Shown here: piece by piece, positions 60,433-64,000 of the stretch
How the letters are laid out: every line of letters starts with the position of its first letter
How positions within the stretch are numbered: position 1 is the stretch's first letter
Source: an uncultured Gemmatimonadales bacterium
GTDB taxonomy: Bacteria; Gemmatimonadota; Gemmatimonadetes; Longimicrobiales; RSA9
Direction of reading: 5' to 3'
DNA length: 64,000 nucleotides
Assembly: GCA_963816355.1 (NCBI GenBank)
Contig: CAWFKH010000001.1
Span: forward strand, 10,981 to 74,980
The notes under the pieces: model-generated
The model's input: only the letters and a program-made list of their open reading frames with translations
Databases searched by the model: none
What the model was told of the DNA's origin: nothing
Program-made: the position numbers and the translations under genes

Positions 60433-60534
60433 GGGCGCGTCGGGCCGCGGCCGCGGCCGGGCGGCGGCCGCGGCATCCGGGGGCGGCCGCTTCGTCCGGG
60501 GGGCGGTAGCGGCGTCCGCGCACCCGCCCCGCGG

Positions 60535-60783
60535 CTACACCACCCGTTCCCAGCTTTCGCGCAGGCGGCCGAGCATCTCACGCGGAAGGAAGGCGTGGAT
60601 GAAGCCGCACTGCGCGCAGATCACGGTGTCGGGCGGCTTCTGCTTCACGAGTCCGCCCACGTGGCCCACGTCGACGATCATCTTCCGGGTCAGCCGCTCC
60701 GGTGAGCGGAAGAGGTCACCGCTGCCGCACGCCACGCAGGCGCGCACGGGCGGCGGCGCCCGGCGCGCCGCGTCGTCGCTCAC
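60535..60783 (-). CDS. Small zinc-ribbon protein (CxxC...CxxC)
   Basis: Track ORF of 82 aa. CVACGS ... CAQCGFIHAFLP, the same motif layout as the island ORF 49850..50053. Confidence 0.5.
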   Translation of the reverse strand: MSDDAARRAPPPVRACVACGSGDLFRSPERLTRKMIVDVGHVGGLVKQKPPDTVICAQCGFIHAFLPREMLGRLRESWERVV

Positions 60784-60925
60784 TGGGTCCTCCTCGAGGT
60801 GGGCGGTGTGCTGGTCGTGGACGTAGCATAGCGCGACGGCACGGGCGGGGCCATGAGCGGATCGCGCGCGGGTCCGCGGCGGTGCCCGGGGTGTCCGGGC
60901 GCCGAGCCGCCGCCGTCGTGCGGGG

Positions 60926-61657
60926 TCAGGTCGCGGCGTCCGGGGTGTCGGCGCGGCGCCGCTCCGTCCACTTCACCAGCCAGATGCTGACTTCGTAGAG
61001 GAGCAGCAGCGGCAGCGACATCAGCACCTGCGAGAAGACGTCCGGAGGCGTGAGCACGGCGCCGGCGATGAAGATGAGCACGATGGCGTAGCGTCGGCCG
61101 CGCCGCAGCATGTCGGACGTGACGACGCCCAGCGCGCCGAGCACGAGCATCACGACGGGCGTCTCGAACGCGACGCCGAAGCCGAGCAGCAGCTTGAGGA
61201 CGAAGCCGAGGTACGGCCCGATCGTGATCATCGGTTCCAGGCTCTCCTGCTGGAAGCCGGTGAGGAAGCGCAGCGCGATCGGGAGCACGCCGAAGTAGCC
61301 GAGCGCCATTCCCGCCACGAAGAGCACCAGCCCGAAGTAGAGCGCCGGCACGATCGCCCGCTTCTCCTCGCGCTTCAGCGCGGGCGAGACGAACGACCAG
61401 ACCTGGTGGACGATCACCGGGAAGGCGAGCAGCACGCCCACCATGAGGGCGAGCCGCAGCGTGATGAAGAACGGGTCCGCCGGGCTGAGGTAGCGCAGCT
61501 TGCCGCCGCTCAGCAGCGGGCGGATCGGCCGCACCAGCAGCCCCAGCACGTCGAAGCGGCTCACCACGACGAAGCCGACGACGGCGCCGGCCGCCAGCGC
61601 CAGCAGGCTCCACAGGATGCGCCAGCGCAGCTCCTCGAGGTGCTCGAGGAACGGCAT
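60926..61657 (-). CDS. tatC: Twin-arginine translocase subunit TatC
   Basis: Track ORF 60926..61693. The internal ATG at 61657 gives MPFLEHLEELRWRILWSLLAL, a typical TatC N-terminus. Six TM helices. Confidence 0.9.
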   Translation of the reverse strand: MPFLEHLEELRWRILWSLLALAAGAVVGFVVVSRFDVLGLLVRPIRPLLSGGKLRYLSPADPFFITLRLALMVGVLLAFPVIVHQVWSFVSPALKREEKRAIVPALYFGLVLFVAGMALGYFGVLPIALRFLTGFQQESLEPMITIGPYLGFVLKLLLGFGVAFETPVVMLVLGALGVVTSDMLRRGRRYAIVLIFIAGAVLTPPDVFSQVLMSLPLLLLYEVSIWLVKWTERRRADTPDAAT

Positions 61658-61690
61658 CTCGTCGCCCGTTCCGACCCGGCCTCGCAGTTT

Positions 61691-61830
61691 CACGCCCGCA
61701 CGCTACGCCGCCGCGCGGGCACGCACAAGCCGCCGCGCGGGCACGCACAAGCCGCCGCGCCGGCACGCACAAGCCGCCGCGCCGGCGCGCACAAGCCGCC
61801 GCGCCGGGGGCACGGCACGGCACGGCGCGG
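61691..61830. repeat. 22-bp tandem repeat (4 full copies plus a partial one) followed by GCACG pentamers, in the tatC upstream region
   Basis: gcacgcacaagccgccgcgc(g/c)g at 61719, 61741, 61763 and 61785 (the last begins gcgcgc), then ggcacggcacggcacgg. Confidence 0.85.
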
Positions 61831-62030
61831 CGCGGGCGCGCGAGTGGGTCCCGATTGACTCGTTTCGATGCAGGTGTTCGCGGGCCGACAGCCGGCGAGG
61901 GCGGCGCCCTGGATGGCAAGCCGTGCGGTATCAACGACTTGCGCGTGAACGCGGCTGCGGACCCGGTGTTGCCTTCCATGGGGGGCGACGACAGGCAGCA
62001 CGGACCCACACACCAGCACCGGAGGATCCA

Positions 62031-62534
62031 ATGACGAATCGCATCGCATCGACGATCGGCGCGCTCGCGCTCGTGGCCGCGTTCACGGCGTGCGCCGACT
62101 CGCCGGCCGGCCCGGCGACGGACGCCGCCACGCTGTCCGCGTCGCGCGGCAGCGACGACGGCAGCGTCGGCACGACCAGCGGCAGCGTGGACACGCGCCA
62201 GGAGGCGAACCTGGTGGCGACGAGCGCGGCGTTCCCGCGGGCGAAGGGCCGCGCCCGCTTCCGCGACCGCGGCGGCGAGCGGGAGCTTCAGATCGAGGTG
62301 GAGAACCTGCGGCCGGGGATCCAGGTCGGCTTCTTCCTGGACGGATCGGCGCTGATCTGCAGCGGCGGCGTGGCGTGCACGGCGACGGTGAACCAGTTCG
62401 GCAAGGCGCGCATCAACCTGAACACGGACGGCGGGCCGGGCGTGGACGGGACGGCGGTGCCGGCGTCGGTGAGCGGCAGCACGGTCTCGGTGGCGACGGG
62501 CGGCACGACGGTGGCGGCCGGCACGTTCAACTGA
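62031..62534 (+). CDS. Hypothetical lipoprotein
   Basis: Same frame as track ORF 61500..62534; ATG at 62031 follows GGAGGA. Lipobox LVAAFTAC-AD; no family recognised. Confidence 0.6.
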   Translation: MTNRIASTIGALALVAAFTACADSPAGPATDAATLSASRGSDDGSVGTTSGSVDTRQEANLVATSAAFPRAKGRARFRDRGGERELQIEVENLRPGIQVGFFLDGSALICSGGVACTATVNQFGKARINLNTDGGPGVDGTAVPASVSGSTVSVATGGTTVAAGTFN

Positions 62535-62553
62535 GGCGGGCGCGGCGACGGGT

Positions 62554-62631
62554 GGGCCCGGCCGGCGGCGCCGGCCGGGCCCTCGTCGCGAGCCTCCCGG
62601 GACCGGCATGCGTGCCGGCTCCGGGAGGCTC
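62554..62631 (+). terminator. Two consecutive GC hairpins after the lipoprotein gene
   Basis: GGGCCCGGCCGGC-GGC-GCCGGCCGGGCCC (62554-62582), then GAGCCTCCCGG...CCGGGAGGCTC with an inner CCGGCA/TGCCGG stem (62590-62631). The U-tract is weak. Confidence 0.5.
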
Positions 62632-62798
62632 GCCGTCGTCCGGGGCGCGGCGATCGGCGTGGCGCGGCGATCGCCGTGGCGGCGTCGACGCCCGCCGCGC
62701 TACTGTTCAGCCGGGGGTGATCCGCATCCCCGTTCGCGACGACCGCCCTCGACGACGAGCCCGACCTCGCGCGGTGGGGGGCGGAGATCGGAGGAGAC

Positions 62799-63242
62799 AT
62801 GAAGAGGAAGATCTGGCTGTTCGCGCTCGTGGCGCTGCCGCTCGCGGCCGGCTGCGGGCGCGCGGACCGGGGACGCGCGGCGGGGGCCGACGCCGCCGAG
62901 CCTGCGGCGGCGCCGGCCGCGACGAGCGCGGCGGGGGCGAAACCGGGCGCGGCGGCGCCGGCCGCGACGGCAGCGGCGGTCGTCTACGTCGACGTGCGGA
63001 CGCCGGAGGAGTACGCGGCGTCGCACGTGGAGGGCGCACTGAACATCCCGTACGACCAGATGGAGGCGCGCGCGGGCGAGCTGGACGGCTACCGCGGCCG
63101 GCACATCGTGCTGTACTGCCGCACCGGCCACCGGGCCGGCATTGCGTACGACGTGCTGAAGGGGAAGGGCTTCGAGGACATCGAGAACGGCGGCGGCCTG
63201 GAGGCGCTGGCCGGCAAGGGCCTGCCGGTCACCGGGAGCTGA
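62799..63242 (+). CDS. Rhodanese-domain lipoprotein (sulfurtransferase-like)
   Basis: Track ORF of 147 aa. Lipobox LPLAAGC-G. VVYVDVRTPEEYAASHVEGALNIP and active-site loop LYCRTGHRAG. Confidence 0.85.
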   Translation: MKRKIWLFALVALPLAAGCGRADRGRAAGADAAEPAAAPAATSAAGAKPGAAAPAATAAAVVYVDVRTPEEYAASHVEGALNIPYDQMEARAGELDGYRGRHIVLYCRTGHRAGIAYDVLKGKGFEDIENGGGLEALAGKGLPVTGS

Positions 63243-63308
63243 GCGGCGCGATGGGCGGCGATCGGCGGGCGGGCGGCTGCCCGCGGCCGTCGGCTCGGGG
63301 CGCGGCGC

Positions 63309-64000
63309 TCAGCTCGAGGCGCGGCGGACGGCGCGCGAGAGCGGCCAGCTGGCGGCGAGGACGGCGAGCACGACGAGGGTGTTGGCGGGCTCGCCGGCGG
63401 CGACGGTGACGAGCAGGGCGAGCGCGACGGCGAGGGCGAGCGCGGGGACGGCGGGGTAGCCGCGAGCGCGGTAGGGGCGCGGCGCCTCGGGCTCGCGACG
63501 TCGCAGGACGAAGAGGGCGGCGAAGCAGAAGACGTAGCGGACGACGATCAGGATCGCGGTCAGCCCGAGGACGACGGTGAAGGAGCCGGTGAGCAGGAAG
63601 CCGGCGATGACGAGCAGCGTCAGGACGAGGGCGACTTCGGGCGTGCCGCCGCGGTTGACCTGGGCGGCGCGCTCGAGGAAGAGGCCGTCGCGGCTCATGG
63701 CGAGGAGCAGGCGCGGGATCTCGATGAGGATCGCGTTGAGGGTGCCGAGGACGGAGACGACGATGACGAGGCGGATGACGAAGTCGCCGCGGGCGCCGAA
63801 GAGGGCGCGGGCGAGGGTGCCGCCGACGAAGGGGTCGCGGGCCATGGTGGCGACGGGGAGCACGGCGAGGTAGGCGGCGTTGACGACGAGGTAGATGGCG
63901 ATGATGACCCAGACGCCGCGGAACAGCGAGCGCGGGATCTCGCGGGCGGGGTCGCGCATCTCCTCGCTGCAGTAGACGACGGCGAAGTAGTTCTCGTAGG
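63309..64000 (-). CDS. APC-superfamily amino-acid permease, C-terminal part; 5' end beyond the right window edge
   Basis: Track ORF 63309..63959 begins at an internal Met. The frame stays open to the window end. Polytopic helices, REIPRSLF and RRREPEAPRPYRARGYP, are typical of APC permease C-termini. Confidence 0.8.
   Translation of the reverse strand, partial: YENYFAVVYCSEEMRDPAREIPRSLFRGVWVIIAIYLVVNAAYLAVLPVATMARDPFVGGTLARALFGARGDFVIRLVIVVSVLGTLNAILIEIPRLLLAMSRDGLFLERAAQVNRGGTPEVALVLTLLVIAGFLLTGSFTVVLGLTAILIVVRYVFCFAALFVLRRREPEAPRPYRARGYPAVPALALAVALALLVTVAAGEPANTLVVLAVLAASWPLSRAVRRASS

Overview
64 kb from a very GC-rich bacterial chromosome. Hand counts of host lines give about three quarters G+C, for example 47/60 in the line starting 46981. 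All product calls rest on motifs I recognised in the translations; no database search was possible. The gene content loosely suggests a Gemmatimonadota-like organism, which I cannot verify.

The host part is dense and mostly ordinary:
- Signalling: a kinase / double-receiver / hybrid-kinase operon, and two further PAS/GAF histidine kinases.
- Transport: pstC-pstA-pstB plus a separate pstS, a TRAP transporter, an ABC-2 exporter, an MscS channel, a Na+/H+ antiporter and an APC permease.
- Envelope and secreted proteins: Slt transglycosylase, an S8 protease with a PKD domain, two BNR/Asp-box proteins, and a Big_2 / Gly-rich lipoprotein.
- Redox: ccdA, a tlpA-like gene, msrA and a peroxiredoxin.
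- Housekeeping: rsmD, a SpoU-type methyltransferase, M3 oligopeptidase, pfk, infA, amidase, hutF, hutU, a clpP paralog, lon, tatC and a rhodanese.

Most of the long ORFs in the track are GC-driven alternative-frame or antisense artefacts.

Three things stand out:
1. Low-GC island (about 48.0-53.25 kb, 35-57% GC in lines I counted). It carries a membrane HD-GYP protein, a small zinc-ribbon protein, and an RHH / Mrr-fold nuclease / beta-class (SPPF) DNA methyltransferase operon. It has no recombinase gene. Its right edge is a 21-nt poly-C tract followed by C8 and C11 runs.
2. Probable selenoprotein. A secreted peroxiredoxin is split by the track into two ORFs, with an in-frame UGA exactly at the peroxidatic-Cys position and a SECIS-like hairpin just downstream.
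3. Intergenic hairpin-array repeats. A dispersed family with GGGAAGC-type unit starts occurs at 25.8 and 47.6 kb. Other tandem repeats include a 22-bp array upstream of tatC and a 21-bp in-frame array in the tlpA-like gene.

I could not identify a clearly novel multi-gene system with confidence. The island is the best candidate, and the claims about it are labelled as inference.
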